A stretch of 64,000 bases of DNA from an uncultured Spirochaetota bacterium (GCA_963820525.1 CAWGAA010000001.1:3104001-3168000); one strand, 5' to 3'. Positions 38,285-50,438 are shown, counted from the first letter of the stretch. A program made the numbers and translations. Notes: a model not told the origin generated them from the letters alone.

Positions 38285-39601
38285 CTACGGCCCCGCTTCC
38301 TCAGCAGGTCCACCCAACTTCAGCGCTCGCATGCAGCGTTTCCTGTAGATCTCGATGGGCCGGTCGGGCACCCCGGGGTGTAGGATGTCATGAAACCGGC
38401 TGAGGGCGTCGCTGAAACGGCCGGCATGGAAATCGTATACCCCCCTCTCGAAGGTCTCGCGGGTATCCTTTTTCCACTCCTTGAGCTCCGGAGTATCTCC
38501 GTCGAACACCTCGTAGACGGAGACCGCTTCCTCCTTGCCCTTCAGCTTCACCTTGTCGATGAACCGGTAGTTGTACCGGTTCGGATCCTCCAGGTCGAAG
38601 AGAACGTGGCTGGAGACGAGAAGCGACACCTCGTAGACCTTCGTGAGGTCCTCCAGGCGCGAGGCGAGGTTGACCGCGTCCGAGATCACCGTGCCCTGCA
38701 TGAACCTCACGTGGCCGATGATGCCCAGCATGACCGACCCGGCATGAATCCCGACCCCGATCCTCAGGGGGTCGTACCCGAAACCCGCGCGCTGGATGTT
38801 GTACACGGGGATGTAGGAAAGCATGGCAATGGCGGCGGAAAGGGCGGAGCCGGAGCCTTTCGGGAACAGCGCCATGATGGCGTCCCCGATGTACTTGTCG
38901 ATGAACCCGCCGTTCTCCCAAACGAACGGGTTCATCCGTTGGAGGTAGGAATTTAGGAAGGCGAAGTTCTGTTCCGGGGTCATCTTTTCCGAAAGCGCGG
39001 TGAACGAGCGTATATCGGAGAACATAATGGCCATCTCGATCTGCACCTGGTCTCCCAGCTCGACGTCGACGATGTTGGTCTTGTGCAGAGCGTGGAGGAA
39101 TTCCTGGGGCACGAAACGGGAGAACCTCTCCAGCGCGGCCTGCAGCTGCTCGCTACTGCCCGCCAGTTCGCTGCGCAGCACGGCCTGCCGACGCTTCATT
39201 TCATCGTTGTAGGCCTTCAGGCGCGCAAGGGAGGACACCTTGGCCTTCAGGACCGAGGGGTCGACCGGCTTGGATAGGAAATCCACGGCGCCGGCTTTGA
39301 GCGCGCGTACCCGCTCCTCGTTGCTCGACAACCCGGTGATGATGACGATGGGAATGCCGCTGGTCTCTTCGCTGCTGCTGAGCGCCAGGGCGACCTCGTA
39401 GCCGTTCACCCCCGGCATCTGCACGTCCAGCAGGATGATGTCGGGCTTCCTGTCCTTTGCCAGACGGAGGCATTCCGTGCCGCTTTTCGCGGGGATGAAC
39501 TCGCATCCCTCTTCCTTGAGGAACAGGGCGAGCACCTCCAGATTCTGCTCTTCATCGTCAACCGCGAGAACGCGGACGGGGAATTTCATGCGGTTGTCCA
39601 T
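38285..39601 (-). CDS. Response regulator-fused class III adenylate/guanylate cyclase
   Basis: REC plus FSDIRSFT, DKYIGDAIM, GVGIHAG, TVISDAVNLASRLE, KGK. Confidence 0.92.
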   Translation of the reverse strand: MDNRMKFPVRVLAVDDEEQNLEVLALFLKEEGCEFIPAKSGTECLRLAKDRKPDIILLDVQMPGVNGYEVALALSSSEETSGIPIVIITGLSSNEERVRALKAGAVDFLSKPVDPSVLKAKVSSLARLKAYNDEMKRRQAVLRSELAGSSEQLQAALERFSRFVPQEFLHALHKTNIVDVELGDQVQIEMAIMFSDIRSFTALSEKMTPEQNFAFLNSYLQRMNPFVWENGGFIDKYIGDAIMALFPKGSGSALSAAIAMLSYIPVYNIQRAGFGYDPLRIGVGIHAGSVMLGIIGHVRFMQGTVISDAVNLASRLEDLTKVYEVSLLVSSHVLFDLEDPNRYNYRFIDKVKLKGKEEAVSVYEVFDGDTPELKEWKKDTRETFERGVYDFHAGRFSDALSRFHDILHPGVPDRPIEIYRKRCMRALKLGGPAEEAGP

Positions 39602-39662
39602 GGACGCTTGCTCCCTCTTGACTTAGGTAAAGTCCGCTCTCAGCGCCGGTAACATGGAAAGG

Positions 39663-40745
39663 CTAAGTTATTCCAGATTCGAATCTTGCATGTATTTCCT
39701 CGAACCGGGGCGAGACCGTCACGAAGGCTTTCAGAATATCGGGGTCGAAGTGGCTCGGAATGGTCCTGCCGTCACCCTCGGTGATGATCTGGACCGCCGT
39801 GGAATGATCCAAAGGCTCCTTGTAGGGCCTTCTGCTCGTCAACGCATCGTATTGATCGCAGATTATTACGATCCGGCCTGAAAGCGGTATGTCGTCGCCT
39901 TTCAACCCCGCCGGGTATCCGCTCCCATCCCACCTCTCGTGGTGATGCAGCGCGATGGATTCGGCCATTTGGATACTGGGATGCTCCGAGCCCGCGAGTA
40001 TTTTCCCTCCGATGACGGTATGGGTTTTCATTATCTCGAACTCATCCGATGTGAGCCTTCCCGGTTTCAGGAGAATCGTGTCCGGAATTCCCACTTTTCC
40101 GATATCGTGCATGGGGCTTGCAAAGACCATGGTCTCCGTGAAATCCGCCGACGTGTGAAGCGCGGCGGCAAGGTAGTGCGAAAACAGACTCATCCGGGAG
40201 ATGTGGGCGCCGGTCTCGGTATCCCTGAACTCGGCGACCGATATCAATCTTCTCACCACTTCTTTGTTCAGATTCTTCACCATCCCCAGGGCTTCTGCCA
40301 ATTCCCGCGTCCTCATCCGAACCGTATCCTCGAGCATGGTTTTGTAGTTTTTCTCTATCTGGACAAACCTCCGATAGTTAACCGCTTTCTTGAGAGTGTG
40401 GATGAGAAGATCGGGATTGAAAGGCTTGATGATGAAATCGAATGCCCCCTTCTTTATCGCGCTCACCGCCAGGTCCAACTCGGCGAATGCGGTCATCAAG
40501 ACCACGGGTGTTTTCGGGCTCGTGATGTGAATTTCATCGAGCAGCTCGATGCCGGAGAGGCCGGGCATCTTGATATCCGACAAGACGACATCGAAGGCGT
40601 TTTCCTGCAGCCGGTGCATCGCCTCCCCTGATTGCCCGCAGGGAATCGCATGAAATCCACAACCACCAAGCAGGGAGCAGGTGGATTCCAGGACAAGGGG
40701 ATCGTCGTCGACTACGAGGATGGTGCCGTCGTCCTGCCCGCTCAT
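39663..40745 (-). CDS. REC-HD-GYP c-di-GMP phosphodiesterase (RpfG-like)
   Basis: [25 protein letters not shown]. Confidence 0.93.
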   Translation of the reverse strand: MSGQDDGTILVVDDDPLVLESTCSLLGGCGFHAIPCGQSGEAMHRLQENAFDVVLSDIKMPGLSGIELLDEIHITSPKTPVVLMTAFAELDLAVSAIKKGAFDFIIKPFNPDLLIHTLKKAVNYRRFVQIEKNYKTMLEDTVRMRTRELAEALGMVKNLNKEVVRRLISVAEFRDTETGAHISRMSLFSHYLAAALHTSADFTETMVFASPMHDIGKVGIPDTILLKPGRLTSDEFEIMKTHTVIGGKILAGSEHPSIQMAESIALHHHERWDGSGYPAGLKGDDIPLSGRIVIICDQYDALTSRRPYKEPLDHSTAVQIITEGDGRTIPSHFDPDILKAFVTVSPRFEEIHARFESGIT

Positions 40746-43700
40746 TGGTCGAGCACCTCCCTCACCTTTTTCAGCAGCTCCTGAGGGGCAAAGGGTTTCG
40801 TGATGAAGTTCAATCCCTCCTCGAGTATTCCCTTCTGGTGGATGATGTTCGCCGTGTAGCCGCTGGTGTAGAGCACCCGTACGTCGGTGTTCATTTTCTT
40901 GATCTCCTCGGCGACGGCCTTGCCGCTCTTTTTCGGCATTATGATGTCGAGCAGAAGAAGCCGGATCGTGTCCTGATTCTCGGTGAACTTCGCCACCGCC
41001 TCTTCTCCGTCCTGCGCTTCGATGACCGTGTAGCCGAACTGCTCCAGAATCGTCCTCGTCAGCTGCCTCACCACCGGATCGTCCTCCCCGAGCAGTACTG
41101 TCTCGGTGCCCCCTCTCGGTGCTTCCTTTTCCTGCGGCTTTGTCTCATCGATCGTGGATCGGGTGATGGGGAAATATATCCTGAACGTGGTGCCCTTTTC
41201 CGGTTCGCTGTACAGATTTATATACCCGTTGTGCTGTTTCACGATGCCATACACGATTGACAGCCCGAGCCCGGTACCCTTCCCCACCTCTTTGGTGGTG
41301 AAAAACGGCTCGAATATCTTTTCCTGCACCTTCCTGTCCATGCCGATACCGTTGTCCTCGACCGAGATGAGCGCATACGGGCCCGGCTTGCCATAGCCGT
41401 GGGCTTTGATGAACTCGTCATCCATCGCGAGGCGGCTGGTTGAAATAGTGAGCAGTCCCCCTTCGGGCATCGCGTCCCTTGCATTGGTGGCGAGGTTCAT
41501 CAGGAGCTGCTCCACCTGGCTGCCGTCCGCCATCACGATCAGCTCTTCCTCCGCCAGAGCGGTCTTCAACTCGATGTCCTCGCCGATGATCCGCATCAGG
41601 AACTTCTCCACCGCTCTGATGATGTCGTTCAGATCGATGGGTTTCGGATTGATGATCTGTTTCCTGCTGAAAGCGAGGAGACTTTGCGTCAGGCGGGCCG
41701 CTCTTTGCGCGGCCGCGATTATCTGTTCCGCATGGTGCTTGAGATAATCACCTTCTTTCATTTTCATCTGTAGAAAGGTGCTATACCCGATGATGGCGGT
41801 GAGGATATTGTTGAAATCGTGGGCGATCCCCCCGGCGAGCAGGCCCACCGCCTCCATCTTCTGAGCCTGAAGAAGCTGGGCTTCCAGGATCTTGTGTTCG
41901 GTGATGTCGCGGAAGAAGCCCACGTTGCACACCGCGCCATCAATCGTTATTTGGGCGCTGTTGATGTCTGCATAGACAACGGCCCCGTCCTTCCTGAGGC
42001 AGGGAATGTCCGCGGCAAGCGTTTTTTCTTTTCGTATCTGGGCTTCGAACTCGGCCACGACGCCCGGTAAAGCGTCTTTTGGGTGAATGTCCGCAACGCC
42101 CATCGTCTTCAATTCCTCCTCGGTGTATCCGAGCATTCGACAGAGAGCCGGGTTCGCGTACCTGAAAGCCTTCGTTTCACTGTCGGCAATCAGGATGCCG
42201 TCGGCGCTTGCCTCGAAAAGCGTATGATATCTCGCCTCCGAGTTCCGCAACGCCTCATCCGCGGCGGCTTGCTGAACGACCAGGGCGGCGGTGCTGCCGA
42301 GTCCATCCAGCATTGCGTCTTCAGCGGACGCAATGGGGTGCATGGCGAAGAGGGCCAGAACCCCTAATGTCTCTTTGCCGGGGACTCGGAGCTGGTATCC
42401 CGCGAACGACACGAGCCCCAGGTCGCGCGCCCATTCGCGGTCGTGAACGAGAGGGTCGTTCTGCACGTCGTTGGTGATGAGCTTGTGCTCCTCCCCCGAG
42501 GCGACTCGGCCGATCTTGTAGCAGCCGAACGGAACGCGGCTGTGGCCTTTCCCGTCCGTGTGGGTGTACCGGCCCGAGCTCGCCAGCAGATGAAGGCAGC
42601 GGTCGCGGTAGCGGCACACGTGCGGCCCTTCCTGCACCCCGGCATGAATGCAGCCCTGTTCGCACAGATCCCCGGGCCGAATCAGCCAGATGCGGCAGAA
42701 GTCGGCGGCGAAGAGCCGAACGATACTGTCGGTCATGCCCTTGAGTTTCTGGTCCAGAGGCGCCGGCGCGAGGAGCGACTGTTTCAGCAGGTTGATACCC
42801 TCCTGCCGCAGGAGCGCGGTCTCGCGTTCCTCCTCCGCCCGCCTGCGCTCGGTGATGTTTTCCATCGTTCCTTCGTAGCCCTGGAGCGTTCCGCCGGCGT
42901 CTCGGGCCGGATGGATGTTGAATGATACCCATATCGTGGTGCCGTCCCTGCGCCGACATTCGCACTCGAACTCGGACACGGCGTCTTGAGTTTCGAGCAT
43001 CCGCATCAGCTTCGCGTGGCACGCCGGATCGAGAAAAATCTCGCCTCCGATGCCTGTGGCGTTCGACATCAGCTCCTCGGACGAGTCGTACCCGAGGATC
43101 CGCGCCATGGCGGCATTGGCGGTGGTGAAACGCTCACCGTCCGGGCTGGTCTGGAAGATGCCTTCAATCGCGTTTTCGAAGATGCCCCTGTATTTCTCCT
43201 CCGCGATCATCACCTCGGTATGGAGACGCGCGCTTTCCAACGCGGAACCGGCGATGGCGGTCAGAATGCTCAGTGCCTTCAGCTCCCCAAGGGTGATGTT
43301 GCGGCGGGGCTTCGTGAAGCTCAGATTCAGTATGCCCGCCAGCCTGCCGCCGACCATGAGGGGCATCGATATGGCGAGCTGAATTTCACCGCGGGGAGAA
43401 AGAGGAGTGAAGCGCGGATCGTCCACCCTGCCGCGCAGAACGAGCGGCTCCCGATGGATGGCGACCCAGCCGGCGATGTGCTTGTCCGCCGGCACCCGCT
43501 GCCCCAGCAGCAGCTCCCTGCCTTCGCCCCTGACGGCGGCGACGTACAGCTCGTTTCCCTCCCGTGTCGGAAGAAGGATCGATGCCTCATCCGCATCGCA
43601 CTGCTGAAGGGCGCCGTCCGCGACCTTGCCGAGAATCGCGTTCAGATCCAGGGTGTAGCTGATGGTCTGGCCCAGCTCGTAGATGCCCAGGGTCTGGCGT

Positions 43701-44101
43701 AATTGCATGTTCTCCAGCCTGAGACGACGCACATCCATGGCTCGGGATATCACGGGAAGCAGGACGTTCGATTTGAACGGTTTGAGTATGTAATCGAAAG
43801 CCCCGAGCTTCATGGCATCCACGGCGGTCTGCACGGTGCCCTGTCCCGTCATGATGATGCCCACGATGCGCGGGTCGATGGCAAGCGCCGCCCGCAGCAA
43901 TGCGATGCCGTCGATTTCAGGCATCATCAGGTCGGTGAGAAGCAGATCGAAATCCTTTTCCTTGATGGCTTCCAGCGCCTCCTTTCCCGAGGCGAACTCC
44001 TCCGTCTCGTAGCCCTGCGCCGAGAGCATTTCCCTCAATGCCGCCGCAAGCTCGACCTCGTCGTCGACGATAAGAAGCTTCCCCAATGTGACCGTCTGCA
44101 T
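40742..44101 (-). CDS. Hybrid sensor kinase REC-GAF-PAS-GAF-PAS-HisKA-HATPase-REC
   Basis: [47 protein letters not shown]- and C-terminal REC. Confidence 0.92.
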   Translation of the reverse strand: MQTVTLGKLLIVDDEVELAAALREMLSAQGYETEEFASGKEALEAIKEKDFDLLLTDLMMPEIDGIALLRAALAIDPRIVGIIMTGQGTVQTAVDAMKLGAFDYILKPFKSNVLLPVISRAMDVRRLRLENMQLRQTLGIYELGQTISYTLDLNAILGKVADGALQQCDADEASILLPTREGNELYVAAVRGEGRELLLGQRVPADKHIAGWVAIHREPLVLRGRVDDPRFTPLSPRGEIQLAISMPLMVGGRLAGILNLSFTKPRRNITLGELKALSILTAIAGSALESARLHTEVMIAEEKYRGIFENAIEGIFQTSPDGERFTTANAAMARILGYDSSEELMSNATGIGGEIFLDPACHAKLMRMLETQDAVSEFECECRRRDGTTIWVSFNIHPARDAGGTLQGYEGTMENITERRRAEEERETALLRQEGINLLKQSLLAPAPLDQKLKGMTDSIVRLFAADFCRIWLIRPGDLCEQGCIHAGVQEGPHVCRYRDRCLHLLASSGRYTHTDGKGHSRVPFGCYKIGRVASGEEHKLITNDVQNDPLVHDREWARDLGLVSFAGYQLRVPGKETLGVLALFAMHPIASAEDAMLDGLGSTAALVVQQAAADEALRNSEARYHTLFEASADGILIADSETKAFRYANPALCRMLGYTEEELKTMGVADIHPKDALPGVVAEFEAQIRKEKTLAADIPCLRKDGAVVYADINSAQITIDGAVCNVGFFRDITEHKILEAQLLQAQKMEAVGLLAGGIAHDFNNILTAIIGYSTFLQMKMKEGDYLKHHAEQIIAAAQRAARLTQSLLAFSRKQIINPKPIDLNDIIRAVEKFLMRIIGEDIELKTALAEEELIVMADGSQVEQLLMNLATNARDAMPEGGLLTISTSRLAMDDEFIKAHGYGKPGPYALISVEDNGIGMDRKVQEKIFEPFFTTKEVGKGTGLGLSIVYGIVKQHNGYINLYSEPEKGTTFRIYFPITRSTIDETKPQEKEAPRGGTETVLLGEDDPVVRQLTRTILEQFGYTVIEAQDGEEAVAKFTENQDTIRLLLLDIIMPKKSGKAVAEEIKKMNTDVRVLYTSGYTANIIHQKGILEEGLNFITKPFAPQELLKKVREVLDQ

Positions 44102-44123
44102 ATCTACTATCCTTCCTTCGTTT

Positions 44124-45476
44124 TTACATGGGCGCGGTTTTCCCACCGGTCACCGGGAGCCTGATCGATGCCGTTGTCCCCTTACCGACTTCGCTAGTGA
44201 CGTTCAAAGCTCCATGGTGCTCCTCGATGATCCTCCGGCAAATGGGCAGCCCAAGACCCGTGCCTTTGCCTTCCGGTTTCGTCGTGAAGAAGGGCGTCAT
44301 GAGTTTCGGAAGATTTTCCGGGGGGATCCCCTCTCCCGTGTCGGAGACTTCGATGAGAACCTGCGTGGGGGAATCCGTCATGGAAACGCGGATAGTGAGG
44401 GTTCCTCCCCCCGGCATGGCGTCGGCGGCATTGGAGAAAAGGTTCAGAAACACCTGCCGCAACTGCTGGCGATCGGCGAGGACCGCCCGCGCGTCGGGGG
44501 AAAAAACCTTGCGCACTTCTATATTGCTCTTGCGCAAGTGGTAATGAATGAGATCGAGGGTTTTTTCTATCTCCTCTCGTACATCAATCGTCGAGATCTG
44601 CGGCTGGCTGCGGCGGCTGAACTGGAGAAGGTCCGCCACCAGGCGGGACATGCGGTCGATCTCTTTTTCCACTATTTCCAGCGAAAGCCGCCGGGGGTCG
44701 TTCGGAGCCAGCCCGGTCTGCAGCGATTCGATTCTCAGGCTGACGGTGGCCAGGGGGTTGTTCAATTCATGTGCGATGCTCGCCGCCAGCTCCCCCATGG
44801 TGGCCAGTTTCGCGGCCTGCCAGAGGTGCTGCGTCATGGTCTTGACCTCTTCCTCTGCCCGCGTACGCTCGGCGATCTCCTGCCTGAGAGCCGCCGTCCT
44901 CTCTTCCACCATCTCTTCCAACTTTTCGTTCAACGTCCTCAATTCGCTTAGTGCGCTGATTAGCTCCTTGTTGTGCCGCACGGCGTTCTCGTAGGTGGAC
45001 AGGAGGAGGGTCATTATCCGCTGCCGGCTCGATTTCACTATCCGCTGCTCGCCCGCGAGGGTGACAGGGAAATGCTCCTGAGGGTCGTCAATCTCCCGGG
45101 GCTGCGGCGCTGTAAGGACGGCCTCGACCTTCGAAAGGAGTGCCTCGGCCTGGCATGGTTTGGTCAGATAGTAGTCCACCCCCGCTTCTATACCGAAAAT
45201 GACATCGTGTGGATCCGAGAGGGTGGTAAGAATTATCACCGGAATGGTTTTCAGCTCGCCATCGTCCTTGAAGGCCCTGCACATGGCATAGCCATCCATG
45301 ACCGGCATCAGGACATCGCTGATGACGAGGCGCGGCCGGCGTTTTAGAGCCGCGGCCAGGGCCTCCTTGCCATTGGCCGCGACTGCAATGTGGTACCCGC
45401 GATCCTCGAGGGTGTGCTTGAGCTGCTCGGCCTGTGTCCTGCTGTCCTCCACGATGAGGATGTGTTCCCCGCTCAT
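44124..45476 (-). CDS. REC-histidine kinase
   Basis: VEDSRTQA REC, IAHELNNPL, NLFSNA, PFFTTK..GTGLGL. Confidence 0.92.
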   Translation of the reverse strand: MSGEHILIVEDSRTQAEQLKHTLEDRGYHIAVAANGKEALAAALKRRPRLVISDVLMPVMDGYAMCRAFKDDGELKTIPVIILTTLSDPHDVIFGIEAGVDYYLTKPCQAEALLSKVEAVLTAPQPREIDDPQEHFPVTLAGEQRIVKSSRQRIMTLLLSTYENAVRHNKELISALSELRTLNEKLEEMVEERTAALRQEIAERTRAEEEVKTMTQHLWQAAKLATMGELAASIAHELNNPLATVSLRIESLQTGLAPNDPRRLSLEIVEKEIDRMSRLVADLLQFSRRSQPQISTIDVREEIEKTLDLIHYHLRKSNIEVRKVFSPDARAVLADRQQLRQVFLNLFSNAADAMPGGGTLTIRVSMTDSPTQVLIEVSDTGEGIPPENLPKLMTPFFTTKPEGKGTGLGLPICRRIIEEHHGALNVTSEVGKGTTASIRLPVTGGKTAPM

Positions 45477-46543
45477 GACAGCCTCCCTTCGCGTTTGTCG
45501 GCCGCGTTCACTAAACGTGTCACGGCCGCGGCGATTTTGTCCGGCGGGAGCGCATAGAGCGCCGCTCCCAGACTCGCGGCCTCACCCGGCATGCCGTACA
45601 CGACGCACGTTCCCTCATCCTGGGCAAAGGTGATGGCGCCCCTGTCTCTCATGAGCTTCAACTCTTCCGCTCCATCTTTTCCCATGCCCGACAGGAGGAT
45701 GCCCACGGAATTTCCGCCGTACGCGTGCGCGACCGAGCGGAACAGATGGGAGACGGAGGGACGCATGCCGTTCTCCGGCTCTTCGCGGCTGAGCGCGATC
45801 CGGCGGTCGCCACGAACGCCCATATGAAACTCGTCGGGAGCGACGTATACGCGCCCGGTTTCTATATGTTCGCCATCGACGGCCACCTTGACCTGAAGGC
45901 GCGAAGAGCCGGCCAGCCATTCCGCGAAGCCGGACACGAATCCGGAGGCGATGTGTTGAACGACGAGCACGGGAGCGGGGAATTGCGTCGGAAGCGCGGA
46001 TAGTATCGTCTGGATGGGCACGGGTCCGCCGGTTGATGCACCGATGGCGACAGCCTCGATTGCCGCGGGCGCCTGTTCCACCTCGATCTCCGGGACTGGA
46101 TGGCCGATCGCGGGATTCTCTTTTCTCGGCCAGCGCTTCACTACTTTCACTTCCGACATGAGCTTCACCGTCTGGATCAGCTCCCTGGCTTCCGGCTCGA
46201 GCTCCGGGCCGGCGCCGCCGCGCGGTTTGGCGAGGATTGCGACCGCCCCCGCTTCCATCGCACGGAAGCTCGTCTCCACTTCCCTGGCGTCCCAGCTTGC
46301 GCTCACGACGATAATTGGTGTTGGGCATGACTCCATGATTTTCCGCGTGGCTTCGAAGCCGTTCATTCCCGACATATGGATGTCCATGGTAATGACATGA
46401 GGTGTCCTCTGTTTCGCCATTTCGATGGCTTCCTCGCCATCGCGGGCGATACCGATCACCTCCACGGCGGGATCCGAGCTCAACACATGCTCGAGGAATT
46501 GCTGCACCACGGGCGAATCTTCGACTATGAGGACCCGAATCAT
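45473..46543 (-). CDS. cheB: Chemotaxis methylesterase CheB (WspF-like)
   Basis: REC plus GASTGG, VQH, RPSV, LSGMGKDG, VVYGMP. Confidence 0.94.
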   Translation of the reverse strand: MIRVLIVEDSPVVQQFLEHVLSSDPAVEVIGIARDGEEAIEMAKQRTPHVITMDIHMSGMNGFEATRKIMESCPTPIIVVSASWDAREVETSFRAMEAGAVAILAKPRGGAGPELEPEARELIQTVKLMSEVKVVKRWPRKENPAIGHPVPEIEVEQAPAAIEAVAIGASTGGPVPIQTILSALPTQFPAPVLVVQHIASGFVSGFAEWLAGSSRLQVKVAVDGEHIETGRVYVAPDEFHMGVRGDRRIALSREEPENGMRPSVSHLFRSVAHAYGGNSVGILLSGMGKDGAEELKLMRDRGAITFAQDEGTCVVYGMPGEAASLGAALYALPPDKIAAAVTRLVNAADKREGRLS

Positions 46544-46559
46544 GAAAAACCCCCACGGC

Positions 46560-48779
46560 TCACAGGAGCCTCCTGACAGCCTCGAGAAGGTTGCCCTGGT
46601 CGAAGCTGCTCTTCACGATGTACGCATTGGCGCCCGCGTCGATTCCCCGTTCCCGGTCTTCGCGGGACTCCAGAGCCGTCACGAGCACGATGGGAATCTC
46701 CGCCAGTTTCTTGTCCGCGCGGATCTTCGAGGTCAGATCGAAGCCGTTCATCCTCGGCATCTGCACGTCCGAGACCACGATGTCGTACCCGCCGCTCCGC
46801 AGTTTGGTGAAGGCGTCGATACCGTCCACCGCGATGCCTACCTCGTATCCCGCCGTCTCCAAGATGTTTTTCAGGAGCATCCGCGAAGTGATGGAGTCCT
46901 CGACCACAAGAATATATTTCTTTCTCTCGGGCTTCTCTTCCACGAGCACGGCGCGGGGCTTTGGACCGGCTTCGCCCGCCCGCACGGCGCATTTCATCAC
47001 GTCCGGGACGAGGAGGACCGGCACGATTTTCCCCGTTCCCAGCACCGTGGCTCCGCCGACGTTCGGGACCCGCCGGAGGTGGCTGCCGAGATTCTTCACC
47101 AGCATATCCCCCTCGTCGATGACCTCATCGACGAGAACGGCGATGCGCTTTTCGGCGTGGGCAAGCACTACCGCCGTCACTTTCCCATTGGTTTCCTCCG
47201 GCGCGTTCCCGGGGATACCGAGAATTTCTTCCAGCCGGACCAGCGGAACGGCTTGCCCGCCCAACGAAAAGGTTTTCCTGTTCTCTACAGTCCGCATGTC
47301 TTCCCGATTCAGCCGCACCACCCGTTCCACACCGGAGGTGGGGAAGGCGAAAAGACGCCCGCACGCCTGGACGAAGATACCGCGAAAAATGGCGAGGGTG
47401 AGGGGAAGAGTGATCCTGAAGATCGTCCCTCCGTGGGGACGCGCGTGTACGGATATCCCGCCGCCCAGCTTTTCGACCTTTTCCTGCGCGATGGCAAGGC
47501 CGATCCCCCTGCCCGATACTTCGGTGATCGTCGCGCTGGTGCTCACCCCCGATCGGAAAATCAAGTAAAACGCCTCCTCATCGCCGAGGCGCTCCGCTTC
47601 CTCCCGGGAGAGTATCCCCAATCTCGCGGCCGCGGACTTGACCTTCGCGACATCGATGCCCGTTCCGTCGTCTTCGACCAGAAGCTCGACATTACTGCCG
47701 TTCGTCTGTGAGATCGTGACCGTGATCGTCCCGCTGGATCTCTTTCCCCCGCGGCGCCGCTCCTCCGGCGTTTCAATCCCGTGATCGACGCAGTTTCTCA
47801 CCAGGTGGATGAGCGGGTCTTTCATCTCTTCCAGTATCCGCCTGTCGATCTCGATTTCCGCCCCGCGGATGACCAGCTCCGCCTCTTTGCCCTGATCCCT
47901 GGAAAGGTCGCGGACAAGCTTCGGAAGAATCTCAAGGAGCGTGGAAAAAGGCTGCATCGACATCTTTTTCATGTCCTCGAGAAGCGTATCCACCATTACG
48001 GCGACGGATTGCCGGCTCCGTTCGACCTTTTTCAGAAGACCCGTGACCGCGGCTTCGATCGATGCGATGTGATTCCCGCTCCCCTCGAAAAACTCGAGGA
48101 GCTTCTCCAACTGCCGATCGGTTCTCCGGCCGCCGTTTCTTCCGGGAGCCGACCGGTGCGCCGCCCATTCTTTTTTCCACGATAAAAGCCGGCGCTGAAG
48201 CTCCCTCAGCTCCACGATCTGCTGATCCGTCGCCAGTCCGGCGGAGAGCAGCTCCTCCGCCTGGCGCAGCACGGCATTCAGCTTGGCCGTTGACACCCGC
48301 ACCGTTTCCGGAGAGCGGAAGACATCCCTGGGGGAGGCTGCGTGAGATTCGGATTCCTCGGCCGGCTCGCCTTTCAGCAGCATTTCAAGGCTCCCGACGA
48401 TCTCGGCGGTCGGTCGCCTCCGCGCCGCTTTCCGGTCATCTTCCGCTCCCGCCACGAGGCCCCGCAGTCCGTCCCCCGCCCCATGAAGCGCATCGAATAA
48501 TCCGAGTGACGGCGCTAGTTGCCGTCCTTTCAGCGCAGCCAGAACGCTCTCAAGCGACTGGCAGACCTTCTCGATATCGGTCCCGCCGACGGCCCGGGCG
48601 GCGCCCTTGAGGCTGTGCGCTTCGCGAACGAGATTTTCGAGCATCTCAGCCTTTTTTTCTGTGCCGGCGGTCTTTTCAAGAGCGATCAACCCGGCGGTGA
48701 TGGCGTTCACATGCTCGCCGGCTTCCACCCTGAACGTCGCGAGAAGCTTCTCCTGGAACTCCCGGTCCTTGCTGATCAC
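46560..48779 (-). CDS. cheA: Hybrid CheA with C-terminal REC (WspE-like)
   Basis: Hpt AHSLKG, DPLIHLVRNCVDHGIE, SGRGIGL, CheW domain, VEDSITSR REC. Confidence 0.94.
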   Translation of the reverse strand: MISKDREFQEKLLATFRVEAGEHVNAITAGLIALEKTAGTEKKAEMLENLVREAHSLKGAARAVGGTDIEKVCQSLESVLAALKGRQLAPSLGLFDALHGAGDGLRGLVAGAEDDRKAARRRPTAEIVGSLEMLLKGEPAEESESHAASPRDVFRSPETVRVSTAKLNAVLRQAEELLSAGLATDQQIVELRELQRRLLSWKKEWAAHRSAPGRNGGRRTDRQLEKLLEFFEGSGNHIASIEAAVTGLLKKVERSRQSVAVMVDTLLEDMKKMSMQPFSTLLEILPKLVRDLSRDQGKEAELVIRGAEIEIDRRILEEMKDPLIHLVRNCVDHGIETPEERRRGGKRSSGTITVTISQTNGSNVELLVEDDGTGIDVAKVKSAAARLGILSREEAERLGDEEAFYLIFRSGVSTSATITEVSGRGIGLAIAQEKVEKLGGGISVHARPHGGTIFRITLPLTLAIFRGIFVQACGRLFAFPTSGVERVVRLNREDMRTVENRKTFSLGGQAVPLVRLEEILGIPGNAPEETNGKVTAVVLAHAEKRIAVLVDEVIDEGDMLVKNLGSHLRRVPNVGGATVLGTGKIVPVLLVPDVMKCAVRAGEAGPKPRAVLVEEKPERKKYILVVEDSITSRMLLKNILETAGYEVGIAVDGIDAFTKLRSGGYDIVVSDVQMPRMNGFDLTSKIRADKKLAEIPIVLVTALESREDRERGIDAGANAYIVKSSFDQGNLLEAVRRLL

Positions 48780-48794
48780 CGCTTTCTTCTCCCG

Positions 48795-50438
48795 TCAGGC
48801 CTGGACCTTGTATCGCTCGACGAGCCGCTTCAGATTCTGGCCGAGGTCATGCAGGCCCCGCGCCGCCCCCTCCGCCTGCCTGGTGCTGGCCGCGTTCTGC
48901 GCGCTGGCCTGCTTGATACTCTCCATGGCGGAGGCGAGCTGATCCATGCCCGCCTGCTGCTGCTGGCTGGAGGCCGCGACCTGGATGGCGGCCTGCGCCG
49001 ACTCCGCTATGGTGTCCGCCAGCATCTGGATGGATTCGCCAGCTCGCGAGGCCTGCTCGGAGCCGGCCTCGACTATCTTGCTCCCCTGCTCGGTGGCCAT
49101 CACGGCGGCGCTGATCGCTTTCTGCACATCGTTCAGGATCGATCGGACCTGAGAGGATGCCTGCTTCGACTGCACTGATAGATTTTTCACTTCCTGCGCC
49201 ACCACAAGGAAGCCCTTGCCCTGCTCGCCCGCCTTGGAGGCTTCGATACTGGCATTGACGGAGAGGAGATTTACCTGGCCGGCGAGGTCGGCGACGGTAC
49301 CCGCGATCTCCGCGATCGCCTGGCTCTGCTCGCTCAGGCGCACGATGTTCTCGGCGATCGATTCCACCTGGTCCTTGATGCGGCTCATCCCCTCGATGGC
49401 ATCCCCCACCGCCTTTTTCCCGGCCTGTGAAATCTGCACGGCCTTCTGCGCGCTGTCGGACACGTGCTTCGCTTTCTGGCCGGAGAGCTGCGCCGTCTGG
49501 CGCACTTCTTCGACGGTGGCCGTCGTCTGGCTTACGGCAGCCGCGGTTTCCGTGGCCCCCGTCCCGACCTGCGTCGCGGTCGCGAGAATTTCATTCGCGG
49601 AAGAGGCGAGAACGTTTACCCCTTCTCCGATCTCCCCGTTCAAATCCCGGAGGTTCGCCACCATCGCGCGGAAGGTGCCTGCCAGGACGCCGACCTCGTC
49701 CTTTCGATCGTCCTTGGAAATGTCCCCGGTCAGGTCGCCTGACGCGATTCTTTCCGCCGCACGGGATATCTCTTTCAACGGAGAGGAGATCATCCGATTC
49801 AATATCAACGCTATCGCGATTCCCAGCACGATCGCGGCAATACCCACGATCACGAATATGAGAATCGACTGATTCGCCACCTGCAGGGAATCGGCGAGGG
49901 CCGTCTGAGCGTCGTTTTTCTCCTGGCTAACCAACTCGTCGGCAAATGAATTGATTTTTTGATTCCGCTCGGCCTGAATACCGGTGACCAATGTATTTGC
50001 CTCTTCGATCTTTCCCGCCAGAATGAGAGGCACGACTTGTTTATTCCTCGTCTCTACAAAAGCTTTCTGGAGGGTGTCGAGCTCCTTTATTTTTGCGAGG
50101 CGCTCCGCGTTGTTTTTCTCGCGCTCCAAGAGATCCTGCATAAGCCCGTTGATGGTTTTGATTCGATCGTCGCTGTCTTTCAGCGAAGATTCCTGGGCGG
50201 GTCGATCGGTGACCAGCAGTTCCGTCGCCGCGTTCAACCGGATCTTGGTCTGGTTGAACTGAACCTCCATGATGTCAACTACTCTCGCGAAGTCCTCTTC
50301 GAATAATTGTTTCTGGTTCTCCCGGATTGTTGTGATCCCTCGGTAGGCCACGGCCGTGACCAGCGCTAAAAGCACGACCATCAGCCCAAACCCGAGAAAC
50401 AGCTTGGTCCGCATGGCAAGATTAATAAACCATTTCAT
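48795..50438 (-). CDS. Methyl-accepting chemotaxis protein (4HB-HAMP-MA, WspA-like)
   Basis: Two TM, HAMP (DEVGVL), QVNLLSVNASIEASKAGEQGKGF. Confidence 0.93.
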   Translation of the reverse strand: MKWFINLAMRTKLFLGFGLMVVLLALVTAVAYRGITTIRENQKQLFEEDFARVVDIMEVQFNQTKIRLNAATELLVTDRPAQESSLKDSDDRIKTINGLMQDLLEREKNNAERLAKIKELDTLQKAFVETRNKQVVPLILAGKIEEANTLVTGIQAERNQKINSFADELVSQEKNDAQTALADSLQVANQSILIFVIVGIAAIVLGIAIALILNRMISSPLKEISRAAERIASGDLTGDISKDDRKDEVGVLAGTFRAMVANLRDLNGEIGEGVNVLASSANEILATATQVGTGATETAAAVSQTTATVEEVRQTAQLSGQKAKHVSDSAQKAVQISQAGKKAVGDAIEGMSRIKDQVESIAENIVRLSEQSQAIAEIAGTVADLAGQVNLLSVNASIEASKAGEQGKGFLVVAQEVKNLSVQSKQASSQVRSILNDVQKAISAAVMATEQGSKIVEAGSEQASRAGESIQMLADTIAESAQAAIQVAASSQQQQAGMDQLASAMESIKQASAQNAASTRQAEGAARGLHDLGQNLKRLVERYKVQA

